DNA of 64,000 bases from Acidobacteriota bacterium (GCA_963663035.1 OY760074.1:800001-864000), one strand, 5' to 3'. Shown: positions 38,860 to 48,237, numbered from the stretch's first letter. Numbers and translations: made by a program. Notes: generated from the letters alone by a model not told the origin.

Positions 38860-39981
38860 TCACTCCTTGAACAGAGTGAGGAACTCCTCCAGCCCTGCTT
38901 CTTGCAGACTATCCTTTGGGACAAACCGAAGCGACGCTGAGTTAATGCAGTACCTGAGGCCGGTCGGCTCCGGACCGTCCTCGAAGAGATGACCCAGGTG
39001 GGAATCGGCATCTTTACTGCGAACCTCGGTTCTCACCGTAAAGAGGCTCCGGTCCTGTTTTTCCTCGACATTTGTGGCTACCAGGGGCCTTGTAAAGCTG
39101 GGCCAGCCGGTACCGGACACGAATTTATCAGTGGAGCTAAAAAGAGCTTCTCCGCTGACGACGTCGACATAGATCCCTTCGGCCTTGTTGTCCCAGTACT
39201 CATTCTGAAAGGGGGCTTCGGTGCCGTCCTGCTGGGTGACCTGGTATTGAAGTTTGGTCAGTCTGGATTGCAGAGTGCGATCATCGGGTTTGCTGTATTC
39301 CACATCGGCCTCCGGTTTTGAACCCGTTTCCGATAGCTTGAATTCCTTGTCGTTGTTTTCCCAGACCTTGTCCAGGAACTGGTCGCGTCCAGAGTTGTAT
39401 CGGTAATATCGATAACGGATCGAATGATTCTTGTAGTAGTCCTGATGATACTCTTCTGCCGGGTAGAAAGCTTTGAGTGGTTGAATCTCGGTGACGATGG
39501 GTCTATCGAAGATTCCCGACTCCGCAAGTGCGTCCCTTGACTTTTCAGCGAGCTGCCTTTGTGCCTCATCGTGATAGAAAATCCCAGTTCGGTACTGCGC
39601 ACCACGGTCCACGAATTGCCCTGCATTATCGGTGGGATCCACATGTTTCCAGAATACCTCCAGCAGGTCAGAATAGCTGACCTGAGCTGGATCAAAAATC
39701 ACTTGAGCGGCTTCCACATGGCCGGTCCTTCCTGAAGCAACATCCTGATAGGCCGGACTCACCTCTTCTCCACCGGAGAACCCAGAGATCACTTCGGTGA
39801 CTCCAGTCACCTTCTCGAAATCGGCCTCAACACACCAAAAACAGCCACCTGCGAAAGTAGCAGCCGCTTTGGCGGGCGGGTTTGCTCCTTCGGACTGGGA
39901 CAGCAACGAAGTGGCCGCTCCACCCGGTGCAAACAGGGCGACGAGGAAAAGGGGTGCAAAGAGAAAAAGGACATATTTCAT
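38860..39981 (-). CDS. msrAB: Exported bifunctional methionine sulfoxide reductase MsrA-MsrB
   Basis: [15 protein letters not shown]; GWPSF, HLGHLF, RYCINS; signal peptide. Confidence 0.93.
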   Translation of the reverse strand: MKYVLFLFAPLFLVALFAPGGAATSLLSQSEGANPPAKAAATFAGGCFWCVEADFEKVTGVTEVISGFSGGEEVSPAYQDVASGRTGHVEAAQVIFDPAQVSYSDLLEVFWKHVDPTDNAGQFVDRGAQYRTGIFYHDEAQRQLAEKSRDALAESGIFDRPIVTEIQPLKAFYPAEEYHQDYYKNHSIRYRYYRYNSGRDQFLDKVWENNDKEFKLSETGSKPEADVEYSKPDDRTLQSRLTKLQYQVTQQDGTEAPFQNEYWDNKAEGIYVDVVSGEALFSSTDKFVSGTGWPSFTRPLVATNVEEKQDRSLFTVRTEVRSKDADSHLGHLFEDGPEPTGLRYCINSASLRFVPKDSLQEAGLEEFLTLFKE

Positions 39982-40290
39982 GGGCTTAGACTCCTTTGTG
40001 GCTGTGTTGTATAGATCGTTCCAGCCCATGCCCATTCGCTAGACTGAGATGCAGAGAAAAACTGCTGTCAGAAATGGGACATTGCTCTAATTTGATGAAC
40101 TTGCTACTGATTCCTCCCATCACTCTAGATGCTTAATCTGTGACGAAGTTCCCACTAAACTTATTTGCAATCGGCGGGTTTCCTTCCGCCCAGCGTTCTT
40201 GGTGTCCTTGAACTCCCTCCAAGTTTTAGCATTAAATTAACATTAAGGACGAATCGCTACAAGGTCGGCCAGAGATGAGCGATACGAAGG

Positions 40291-40755
40291 ATGACGAATA
40301 TGACGGATGAAACGGAATCTTTTGCGATGAGTGAACTGGAAGGCGTGCTCCTGTTTAGAGGTGTTGAGCTCGGTTCCATTCAAGAGATCCTCGAAAATTG
40401 TCCGGTGCAGAAGTTGAAAAGTGGTGAGGTTCTTATTGACGCGGGAAAACCCAACCATTCCATTCATGTGCTCCTGACTGGCCAGTTGACGGTTCGCCTG
40501 GAACTCTCACTGCAGCCCATTGCAAGACTGGAACAGGGAGAGGTGGCCGGTGAGATCTCGGTAGTCGATGGAGAGCCGGCAACCGCCTATGTGGTGGCTG
40601 AGGAGGATTGTCGCGTGTTGGAACTCTCTGAAGACGTCTTGTGGTCGCTCCTGGAGGCTTCATCCCGCATAGCTCACAATCTGCTCTTTGTCGTCGTCCA
40701 GCGACTACGTCGTGGAGATTCTCTCATCCGGGCACTGAGCCTGGCTGGGGGATGA
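40291..40755 (+). CDS. Stand-alone cyclic-nucleotide-binding domain protein
   Basis: GEVLIDAG, GEVAGEIS...PATAYVVA. Confidence 0.85.
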   Translation: MTNMTDETESFAMSELEGVLLFRGVELGSIQEILENCPVQKLKSGEVLIDAGKPNHSIHVLLTGQLTVRLELSLQPIARLEQGEVAGEISVVDGEPATAYVVAEEDCRVLELSEDVLWSLLEASSRIAHNLLFVVVQRLRRGDSLIRALSLAGG

Positions 40756-40776
40756 ACCGCTCCCTCGTCGTGAGCC

Positions 40777-41064
40777 TCATGGGCTCTCTTCCGTGAGGTA
40801 GGCCATTGTCTTGATGCCCGATACTTCAATCCTGCGATTGCAGCGAGGAGTCTTGCACACCACGCTGTCGTCAATGAGCACCATGTAGCTCTGAAAGTTT
40901 GCAAACTGGCTTCGGGCCCGCTCATCGGCATTGGCAGGCAGATGCTTCTTCTTTCGCCGGACGAGCCAGCGCAACTGGTAGGTTTCCTGCTGCCTGCACG
41001 ACGGGCAGCGCAAAGCAATCGGCTTGGTGCTATTGGATTCGTCGCAAAATCGTCGTTCGTCCAT
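40777..41064 (-). CDS. Small Zn-ribbon-like hypothetical protein
   Basis: CPSC and C-x4-C. Confidence 0.7.
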   Translation of the reverse strand: MDERRFCDESNSTKPIALRCPSCRQQETYQLRWLVRRKKKHLPANADERARSQFANFQSYMVLIDDSVVCKTPRCNRRIEVSGIKTMAYLTEESP

Positions 41065-41198
41065 ATTCGACCTTATACCAGCATAGACCGATCAGTACTA
41101 GTGTCGGGAGTCTTTCTAGCACATAGGGGCAAGTGGAGGAAAGCCCACCACCGCATTGTGGCGCCCCTTCGGGGCTCCGGAGGGTGTCTTGCCCGTTG

Positions 41199-41768
41199 TC
41201 AGGTGTCAGTTGTCAGCGGCCCCGTGCCGTTAGCCAGCTTTAAAGTGATATCTACCGACTGTGCATCACCCAAGTCAGTCAAGGACTGCTGTAGATCTTC
41301 CGCTGACAGATCGGGAGGGACCTGCAAGAGAGCCGTCATGGAAAAAAGAGGGGATCCACTGATCGGTGAGTTGTACACGGACGTCTTGATCTCGGCAATA
41401 TTGACACCCTTACCAGCAAGAAAGGCGGAGATCCCATGGATAATTCCCTGGTGATCCGCACCTGCCACCTCAAGAGCATAGGGGAGGTAGCCCTGGTAGG
41501 CGGGATTATCCATTTCCTGGACGGTGACGGTGAGAGTTTCGGATCCACAATCTTGCAGATATTCTAAGAGCTGGCTGACGGTCTCGCCGGGAGCTGATAC
41601 CAAAAAGAGCCCCACAAATTGGTCACCTAAACTTGCTGTCCGACTTTCCTCCACGTTGGCCGAAGTCGCAACAATGCCCTCAGTTATCTCTTTGACAATG
41701 CCTGGACGATCTTGGCCCACAACCGTTACCAGTATCTGTTGCTGCATGCTGCTGGGATTATACTTCAC
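41199..41768 (-). CDS. GcvR-like double-ACT protein
   Basis: VVGQDRPGIV and GADHQGII ACT motifs. Confidence 0.85.
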   Translation of the reverse strand: MKYNPSSMQQQILVTVVGQDRPGIVKEITEGIVATSANVEESRTASLGDQFVGLFLVSAPGETVSQLLEYLQDCGSETLTVTVQEMDNPAYQGYLPYALEVAGADHQGIIHGISAFLAGKGVNIAEIKTSVYNSPISGSPLFSMTALLQVPPDLSAEDLQQSLTDLGDAQSVDITLKLANGTGPLTTDT

Positions 41769-41871
41769 AGGACACCTGCAGCGCCTCTCTGAGAAGACCT
41801 ATACTAGTAAAGTCACCGGTACGTTGAAGAATAGAGAGCAGAAGAGAGAGGGAGAAGTTGAGGAGGGTGAA

Positions 41872-42036
41872 TTGAACCAGAGATTCTGTCCTAAATGTAA
41901 AAAGAATGTTAAGACTGAAAAGGTACCTCGAATCGCTGAAGACCTGGAGGATTCAGTGGTAGTAGAACTCGATATCATCTGCAAAGAGTGTGGTTCTCAT
42001 ATTACTTACCGTAGAATGAGGATGAGCTTGGACTGA
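41872..42036 (+). CDS. 54-aa Zn-finger protein
   Basis: GGAGG RBS, TTG start, CPKC...CKEC. Confidence 0.7.
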   Translation: MNQRFCPKCKKNVKTEKVPRIAEDLEDSVVVELDIICKECGSHITYRRMRMSLD

Positions 42037-42185
42037 ATTAAGGTGGCTGGTGACCTTGATATCGACGGTTTCATGCCCTACACAGGAACTTTTACTTGAG
42101 CTCAAAGTAGACTCCAGTTATGACCCCTTCCGCGACGACCCTCGCTTCCACGACCTGCTTCCATGAGAAGGCCCTTATTTGTCAA

Positions 42186-42487
42186 GACCGACTTGGCGGT
42201 CAAAAGTCCGGGACCGGGTGATTAAGCCAGCTGATGGGAGTTCGCTTAATCGATCCAGTGATGCTGATTTTGTTTGCCTTGCTTCCATCCGCACTCTTTT
42301 TCAGCCCTTGATTTGGACTGGGTGCATGTAAGGGTTCGTCAAACTGGGCGCTGCCATCTGCGGCTCGTTCTCTTCCGAAGGAAGGAACAGCAGGTCGTTC
42401 GCAGTCACCCGAACTGGGCATTTGGATCATTGAGGTTAACTCCATGGGCGGGTCACGTTCACCGGAATCCCTTCTGGGTTCAATCTT
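42186..42487 (-). ncRNA. Predicted bridge (seek) RNA
   Basis: Two internal-loop hairpins (42346-42410, 42272-42344) whose loop strands match the target and donor junctions; RNA boundaries approximate. Confidence 0.8.
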
Positions 42488-43570
42488 TTAGGCAGCCCCT
42501 TCCAGGTACTCTTGATTGTTGTACAGCGGTTCATAGGTCTCTCCTGTGACCCACAGATGGTGCAGCAGGACCGAGAGTTTACGAGCCACCGCCACCACGG
42601 CTCGCTTCTTGGCGCTTTTTCCTCCTCTGGAAGCAATCCTCTCCCCATAGCGTCGCAAGTCACAATCCGAGCCAAAAGGTCCCAGGATGTACTGGGAACT
42701 ACCGACCAGTAGTTTGCGAACGAATCGGTCGCCGGCTTTGGTAATCCTCAACTGAGGATCCCGATTCCCGGATTGGTCTTGTCTGGGAGTGAGCCCCAGA
42801 TACGCTCCCACCTGGCGACTTCTTCCAAACCGATGGGCATCCTCGAGGGTCAAAACAAAGGCCAGAGCTGTGATCGGTCCTACTCCTCGAACTTGCTGAA
42901 GGTTCTCGGTGTCCGGATACTTCTGCTGGCACAGTTGCTGAATCTGCCGATCGTATTGGCGGATCTGTGCGGTGAGCTGTTGGATCATCTCCAGCAGGGG
43001 CTCCAAAGCCATCTTCAGGCAACCCGGAATGTGGAGTTTGACCCGATGGGGAAAAGCCTCTGTGGAACAACTGGGCAGACGCTCCCCGAAGGCTTTCACA
43101 GATCCTCGGATAGGATTGACCAGCCGGGTTCGGGCTCTCACCAGCTCATCTCTAGCTTTAACCACCGCCAGGTCCGCTTGAGCGGCTTCGCCCCGATGCT
43201 GAATCGGATACAACAGCTCGGGATCCACTCTTCCTAAACGTCCCAGAAGCTCTCCATCCTTGCGGTCCGATTTCTTTCGGTTCTGGCTGATGAGTCGAAC
43301 CTGTCGGGGATTGGCCACGATTTCTTCGTGTCCTTGCTCCTTGGCTATCGCTTGCACCCACCGAGAGTGGGTTCCCGTTTCCAACACCACCCGCATTTTT
43401 GGCTGAGACTTGAAGAACCTTTCCATGGCTCGTCGTTGAGTCTTCACCCTACCTTCTTCCACTTTCTGTCCTGACTTGTCGATGATGCAGTAGTAGGAAA
43501 ATTTGTCTCCCAGGTCCAAACCCATCGTCAGTTCCGGAATCTGTGTGATCTCTTTGATAGAATCTTTCAT
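42488..43570 (-). CDS. IS110-family DEDD recombinase/transposase
   Basis: GLDLG, VLETG, KSDRKD (DEDD); GVGPITA, YLGL.P...QSG catalytic Ser; AAGGAG RBS. Confidence 0.95.
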   Translation of the reverse strand: MKDSIKEITQIPELTMGLDLGDKFSYYCIIDKSGQKVEEGRVKTQRRAMERFFKSQPKMRVVLETGTHSRWVQAIAKEQGHEEIVANPRQVRLISQNRKKSDRKDGELLGRLGRVDPELLYPIQHRGEAAQADLAVVKARDELVRARTRLVNPIRGSVKAFGERLPSCSTEAFPHRVKLHIPGCLKMALEPLLEMIQQLTAQIRQYDRQIQQLCQQKYPDTENLQQVRGVGPITALAFVLTLEDAHRFGRSRQVGAYLGLTPRQDQSGNRDPQLRITKAGDRFVRKLLVGSSQYILGPFGSDCDLRRYGERIASRGGKSAKKRAVVAVARKLSVLLHHLWVTGETYEPLYNNQEYLEGAA

Positions 43571-43732
43571 GGCCAAGCTCCTTTGCTAAAGAGTTAATAT
43601 TTTGCAGCCCAAGCTTTGGGACTGCGTTCCTCTTACTGCAGCTCATTTTAGAGACTGCCTCTGAGGAGTTTGGCCTTCTCATCCTTATCTGCTGCGGATG
43701 AACCTAGAGCAGTAGCTGTCGAATTATCCCAT

Positions 43733-44316
43733 CTATGTTTTTGCCCGCATGTCGGAGTGCTGCCCCATATGCATGATGATATCTACTGTAGTCTGCAATA
43801 TAAGGAATTGAAGCAGAGAAATGCCTGAGCCGCTCACGGGAAGAACAGTCTTAAGCGCGAGGAACATGGGAAACAACCGTAGACCGGGACATACCCAGAA
43901 GGCCGCGACGTTTGGGGTTCCGTTCATGTCTTCCTGCCTATGATGAAAATACGAGAATACATGATTCACCGCAAAAGCCATGATGCATACGGCAAAGCCA
44001 ATATCGCCCATGCCGAGAGCAGGCGCCTTGGCGCCAGTGAGGAATAACAGGAATATGAGGTGAACGGGCCCAAAAAAAACAGAAAATGCCAGGCAAGCAT
44101 CTTTTTTGTTTTCTCCATTGGCTCCACCGGTTGGTAGTTGACGAGCATACCTCCTGTGGAGAACTGCTTCAGATTTAAGGTCCTGCGCCAAGTGAAAAGC
44201 GTCATAATGAGACTCTGTACCCCGTAGATCCACAAGACATCTATGAGGCGCCAACTCTGCCACAAAGCAAAACCGATGGTCACAAGATTGGCAAGAAGGA
44301 GAGATAACACAGACAT
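43733..44316 (-). pseudogene. DUF6498-like membrane protein, frameshifted at an A8 run (44072-44079)
   Basis: SLLLANLV...WIY..QS in one frame continues as GPVHLIFL...NHVFSYF in another. Confidence 0.6.
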
Positions 44317-44476
44317 TAGGGAACACTATGGACCTGTCTGACGAAGACCGCAGTGATGCTAGTCACCACTGAGCCTAGGACGCAGTTGGGGCAGGATTCC
44401 TCCAACCTTTTCTACAGCTTCGATGTTTTCGATTGCCTCCAACCTGCTGCGGATGAATCTTCAGCAGTAGCCTCCC

Positions 44477-44774
44477 GATTTCTCTAATTTTTTATTTTCT
44501 ATTTTTGAGATTGGGACTCCTACCCATTCTCTGACACACAGGCACCGAGATAGACACTCTCCCCCCCCAAGTCAGTCTTCTTTTTAGGAGTCCCAAGGTG
44601 AGGTTTTGTTCTCCAGGGTGACACTGATTTCTCTAATTTTTTATTTTCTATTTTTGAGATTGGGACTCCTACCCATTCTCTGACACACAGGCACCGAGAT
44701 AGACACTCTCCCCCCCCAAGTCAGTCTTCTTTTTAGGAGTCCCAAGGTGAGGTTTTGTTCTCCAGGGTGACACT
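44477..44774. repeat. Exact 149-bp tandem duplication
   Basis: 44477-44625 = 44626-44774. Confidence 0.92.
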
Positions 44775-44986
44775 GCAAAAGGGGAGAATGCGGCTCCCGC
44801 CCACACTGAGGGGGAGTGGTCGGATCAGATCCCGCGAGAACCGCACTGACTAATACGCAGAAGCGATCAAGTGGTTTCACTCCAGTGCACAATGGCCTCT
44901 ATCCGGTGGCGCCCTCCTTCGTATCCTCCGCTAAATAGGGGGAGAGGGAGGCCTTCTTCAGGTGGTTTTAACGGCACCACCGAACC

Positions 44987-45205
44987 TCAGCTCTCTTTCT
45001 GAGGTGGTTTAGGGGTACGGGGAGGGGTGGGTCCCCTGCTTTTACCGTTCCAAGGTCTCCAGATTAAGAAACCCCTCGGATAGTTTGGATCCAAGGTTCT
45101 GTCCACGAACCGCGTCTTGGGCTCGAATGACTCAGGCTTACGTTTCCAGAAAGCTGAGTAAAAGCCCACAATCCCGGCGATCAAAGAACCGATACTCTCA
45201 ATCAT
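44987..45205 (-). CDS. Small hypothetical protein
   Basis: GAGGAGGTG RBS; hydrophobic N-terminus, Pro/Lys-rich tail. Confidence 0.55.
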   Translation of the reverse strand: MIESIGSLIAGIVGFYSAFWKRKPESFEPKTRFVDRTLDPNYPRGFLIWRPWNGKSRGPTPPRTPKPPQKES

Positions 45206-45516
45206 TCTTCACCTCCTCTGAATTATCGTCCGCCTCCTGGCACTGCAGTTGAGCAGCCAGAGGTAGACTCGAAAATGACATCAACTGGGAGAAGTCATTG
45301 GAAGCAGAAGGAAGGAAGCCTTTCCATTGCTCTCAATCGAGCCCCATCGTTCCTCCTTTTGGAGGCTGGCTGTGGCACCTTGGTGGCTAACCAGGTTGCC
45401 GTCGCGGTCATCGGGCCAGTCCCTCACGCGACTCTTGATGCAAGCGGAAGTATAGTACTCACTCAACACCCGTGTCACCGGTGCGTAGAAGAATAGAGAG
45501 CGAAAGAGAGGAGAGC

Positions 45517-46035
45517 ATGAGCACTTTTGCTGAGCGCATGATTGGAGCGGCCACACTCGATGTCCATACCTATGAGGAGGTGGAGGCAGATACTACGGCC
45601 ACGACCCAGGCCATGGCTGTCGTGGTGCTCTCCAGCGTCGCCCAGGGAATAGCGGGTCTGACGCAGGGAGGTGGCATGGGCTTTGTTGCCGGTGCAATGG
45701 GGGCTCTGATCGGCTGGTTCATCTGGGCCTTTCTTGTGTACATCATCGGAACCAAAGTTCTTCCCGAGCCACAGACCCGCTCCAATCTAGGAGAACTATT
45801 GCGCACCACTGGGTTCTCTGCCTCCCCAGGACTACTGCGGGTGCTCGGAGTCATCCCGCTTTTGGGCGGGCTGATCATGTTTGCAGTGAGTATCTGGATG
45901 CTGGTTGCCATGATCATCGCGGTGCGGCAAGCACTGGACTATCAGAGCACGGGTCGAGCTGTGGGGGTCTGCCTGATCGGCTGGTTCGTCTTTCTCGTGA
46001 TTTTGATAATGCTTTCGGGGGGAAGAGCCGCCTAG
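45517..46035 (+). CDS. YIP1-like membrane protein
   Basis: YEEVEAD, LLRTTGF...PG, AVRQALDY..TGRA; multiple TMs. Confidence 0.8.
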   Translation: MSTFAERMIGAATLDVHTYEEVEADTTATTQAMAVVVLSSVAQGIAGLTQGGGMGFVAGAMGALIGWFIWAFLVYIIGTKVLPEPQTRSNLGELLRTTGFSASPGLLRVLGVIPLLGGLIMFAVSIWMLVAMIIAVRQALDYQSTGRAVGVCLIGWFVFLVILIMLSGGRAA

Positions 46036-46069
46036 CTCAGGAGGTAGAAGGCTCACTGCTCCCTGATCT

Positions 46070-46178
46070 TGACTACCCGTCAAACTCCTCCTGGAAATTT
46101 TTTGAAGGGGCTGTCTACAGTCAGTACGCGCACAGGGGCCCCGGGGGGACTCTTCAGACAATGTTTGGAAAATGGCCA
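46070..46178. repeat. Conserved non-coding element, copy 1
   Basis: ttgact..gWcaa, ggctg-N4-cagtcagtacgcgcaca, cagacaatg, aaatggccat; shared with 47527-47639. Confidence 0.7.
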
Positions 46179-46236
46179 TGTCCACGGGAAGTAAGGGGGA
46201 AACGATCTTTGGGAGGTACTACTGACACTTCGGGTT

Positions 46237-47457
46237 TCATGTAGCGAGAAGGGTCTGTCGAATCTTCTCCCTTGGAGTTGCCTGACCAACGAAAGCCATC
46301 ATCTTCTCCCAAGATTGCTGGAGCTGACGCAGGTGGTTGAAGACATTGAAATTCGGAGCGGCCTCCACTCCTGCAATCTCAATGTTTCTCAGCGCTTCCC
46401 TCGCGTCTGCCTCCTTCCCCTCCTCGCGATATAGTTTCGCAAGCTTCGCAGAAGCCTGGCTGATCTTTTCCTCCAAGTCATCCCTCAGAAATGCACCTGG
46501 GTAGGGATCCAGGTCTTTTGCCTGAATACAAACCATCCCCTCGACAGGTTCCTGGTCACGAATCTTTGCCCTCTCGTACACAAATCTGAAAATGTCTTGC
46601 CGCAGTTGCTTCCACACCTTGTGGGGTTTAGGTGGAGGCAGATGTTTAATGGAAAGGGTGTTGTCCAGGAAAAACCTGTAGCCGAACATCCGCATATTGA
46701 TGAGAAAATCGATATCCTCTCCACGGGTGATGTTTGTGTCAAAGGGAATATGAGTGAAGACCTCTCGGTGAACAACCATGTTGCCTCCAAACACAAAGGG
46801 TGTTTCTTTCAGGCGAGGCTCTCTACCGATTATTTCCTCAAAAGCTTCGTTCATCCGGTCCATCTGATCCCAGTGCTCCATCCAGGGCATCTTGGGCTTT
46901 GAAAGTCGCCAGTTCCCATCGGGTTGCAAGTAATATCCCGCCACTGCACCCACAAAGTTTCCGTCCATTGATCGTGCGATAAATTCTTGAGCTTTGCTGA
47001 GGTATTCGGGATCCTCGAACACCTCATCATCGTCAATGAGAATTGCGATTTCCGAGTCGAATACATGGGGGATGAACAGACATAGGTTGCGGATGTTTGA
47101 ATACCCTTGGAGCTTGAGAAGCGTAGAGAAGCTCTCCTCCCCCGCTTCTTGCACTACTTTCTGTACTCCCTGGAGGTGTGAGTGGCTGAAGAGGTGAATC
47201 TTCACATCGGTATCCACGGAGCCGATGATGGTTGCCACTTTATGCTCTACTTTATCCTCAATGTCCTCACTGTTGGCGACGGCGATCACCACCACCTCGA
47301 AGTCCTTGTCTCTCAAAACATTTAAGCTCTCCAGAGTCCTTCCCAGTGTCCCTTCCCTGTCCAAGGGAGTGGGATGATCGTAAATAGCGTCTGTTTCCCT
47401 CATTCCCAAGGCGTGTTTCCTGGACCAATAGGATGGAATCACCATGGTCGTTTTCAT
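46237..47457 (-). CDS. GT-A fold glycosyltransferase (GT2-like)
   Basis: VIPSY, GYSNIRN, LIDDDE DxD motif, RGEDID. Confidence 0.8.
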   Translation of the reverse strand: MKTTMVIPSYWSRKHALGMRETDAIYDHPTPLDREGTLGRTLESLNVLRDKDFEVVVIAVANSEDIEDKVEHKVATIIGSVDTDVKIHLFSHSHLQGVQKVVQEAGEESFSTLLKLQGYSNIRNLCLFIPHVFDSEIAILIDDDEVFEDPEYLSKAQEFIARSMDGNFVGAVAGYYLQPDGNWRLSKPKMPWMEHWDQMDRMNEAFEEIIGREPRLKETPFVFGGNMVVHREVFTHIPFDTNITRGEDIDFLINMRMFGYRFFLDNTLSIKHLPPPKPHKVWKQLRQDIFRFVYERAKIRDQEPVEGMVCIQAKDLDPYPGAFLRDDLEEKISQASAKLAKLYREEGKEADAREALRNIEIAGVEAAPNFNVFNHLRQLQQSWEKMMAFVGQATPREKIRQTLLAT

Positions 47458-47526
47458 CAGTCCATCTCCCAGTTGATCTTTGATACTAACAGAGACCCCA
47501 ACACTCTTAACCGGATAGGGTGCAGT

Positions 47527-47639
47527 TTGACTCTCCGACAATACTATCCCTGAATATTTCAAAAGGGCTGCGTGCAGTCAGTACGCGCACATGGGCCAAC
47601 CCACCGACCCCCCAGACAATGATGGCGGGAAATGGCCAT
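47527..47639. repeat. Conserved non-coding element, copy 2
   Basis: Same conserved blocks as 46070-46178. Confidence 0.7.
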
Positions 47640-47871
47640 CTCTAGCACTCCCGGGCTTGCTCCAATGAACAAGAACCACGTCCCGTGCCTCCAAGGATTA
47701 CTGGTTGCGATCTCCTGCTGATTGTTGGCTTGAATTGTGCTTGGGCAAACCAGGTCTGGAAGGTGAAACTCTGGTCTTTGTGGCACCTATATGGCACCTA
47801 TGGGCTCAGTATGAAGACAGTGCGAGGTCTTAGGATTAGGTATAAGATATTGTTTATAAACCAGTTATATC

Positions 47872-47947
47872 TGGTGGGCGGTACAGGACTTGAACCTGTG
47901 ACTTCCTCCTTGTAAGGGAGGCGCTCTGCCAGCTGAGCTAACCGCCC
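47872..47947 (-). tRNA. tRNA-Val(TAC)
   Basis: GGGCGGT acceptor stem, anticodon arm CCTCC-CTTACAA-GGAGG, GGTTCAAGTCC T-arm, encoded CCA; 76 nt. Confidence 0.97.
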
Positions 47948-47994
47948 AGGTTGGATGAGGGGAGGGGCACAATCAGCTCGTAGTATAGCCGATT

Positions 47995-48237
47995 CTACAT
48001 ATTCTTTTGCAAGAAGGACTTGAGGCGGTCTTCCACTTCTTCTGGAATTTCAACTTGTTGATCCTGCAGCTGCTCGGCCATCTCGGAGCAGGCTCGATAC
48101 GACTTGAGAAAGTTGAGACAGGAAGGGCAAGCAGTGAAGTGCCGGTCCAGCTTCTCCTGAGTCTCAGGTTCCAGACTCTCCTCCAGGTAATCCACTAGTA
48201 AGTCAAAACAGTCCTTGCACTTAAAAATGTGCTTCAT
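47995..48237 (-). CDS. Zinc-binding anti-sigma factor (zf-HC2)
   Basis: C...LVDYLE...HFTACPSC. Confidence 0.87.
   Translation of the reverse strand: MKHIFKCKDCFDLLVDYLEESLEPETQEKLDRHFTACPSCLNFLKSYRACSEMAEQLQDQQVEIPEEVEDRLKSFLQKNM

Larger units (their letters stand above)
42160..43690 (-). mobile_element. IS110-family element, IS1111 type
   Basis: Sub-terminal IR ATGAGAAGGCC (42163-42173 / 43672-43682), CT core at both junctions (42158-42159, 43689-43690), long 3' non-coding end. Confidence 0.9.

Noticed and set aside
42160-42185. Circle-junction promoter from the outward TTGACA
   Set aside because: No convincing -10 hexamer at 16-18 nt spacing in the reconstructed junction.
42155-43693. 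CTGCT at both IS110 junctions read as a 5-bp target-site duplication
   Set aside because: IS110 enzymes recombine at a short core; the guide register and handshake bases fit a 2-nt CT core better. The 5-bp reading is not fully excluded.
44477-44774. CRISPR array
   Set aside because: Two identical 149-bp units without spacers; no cas genes in the window.
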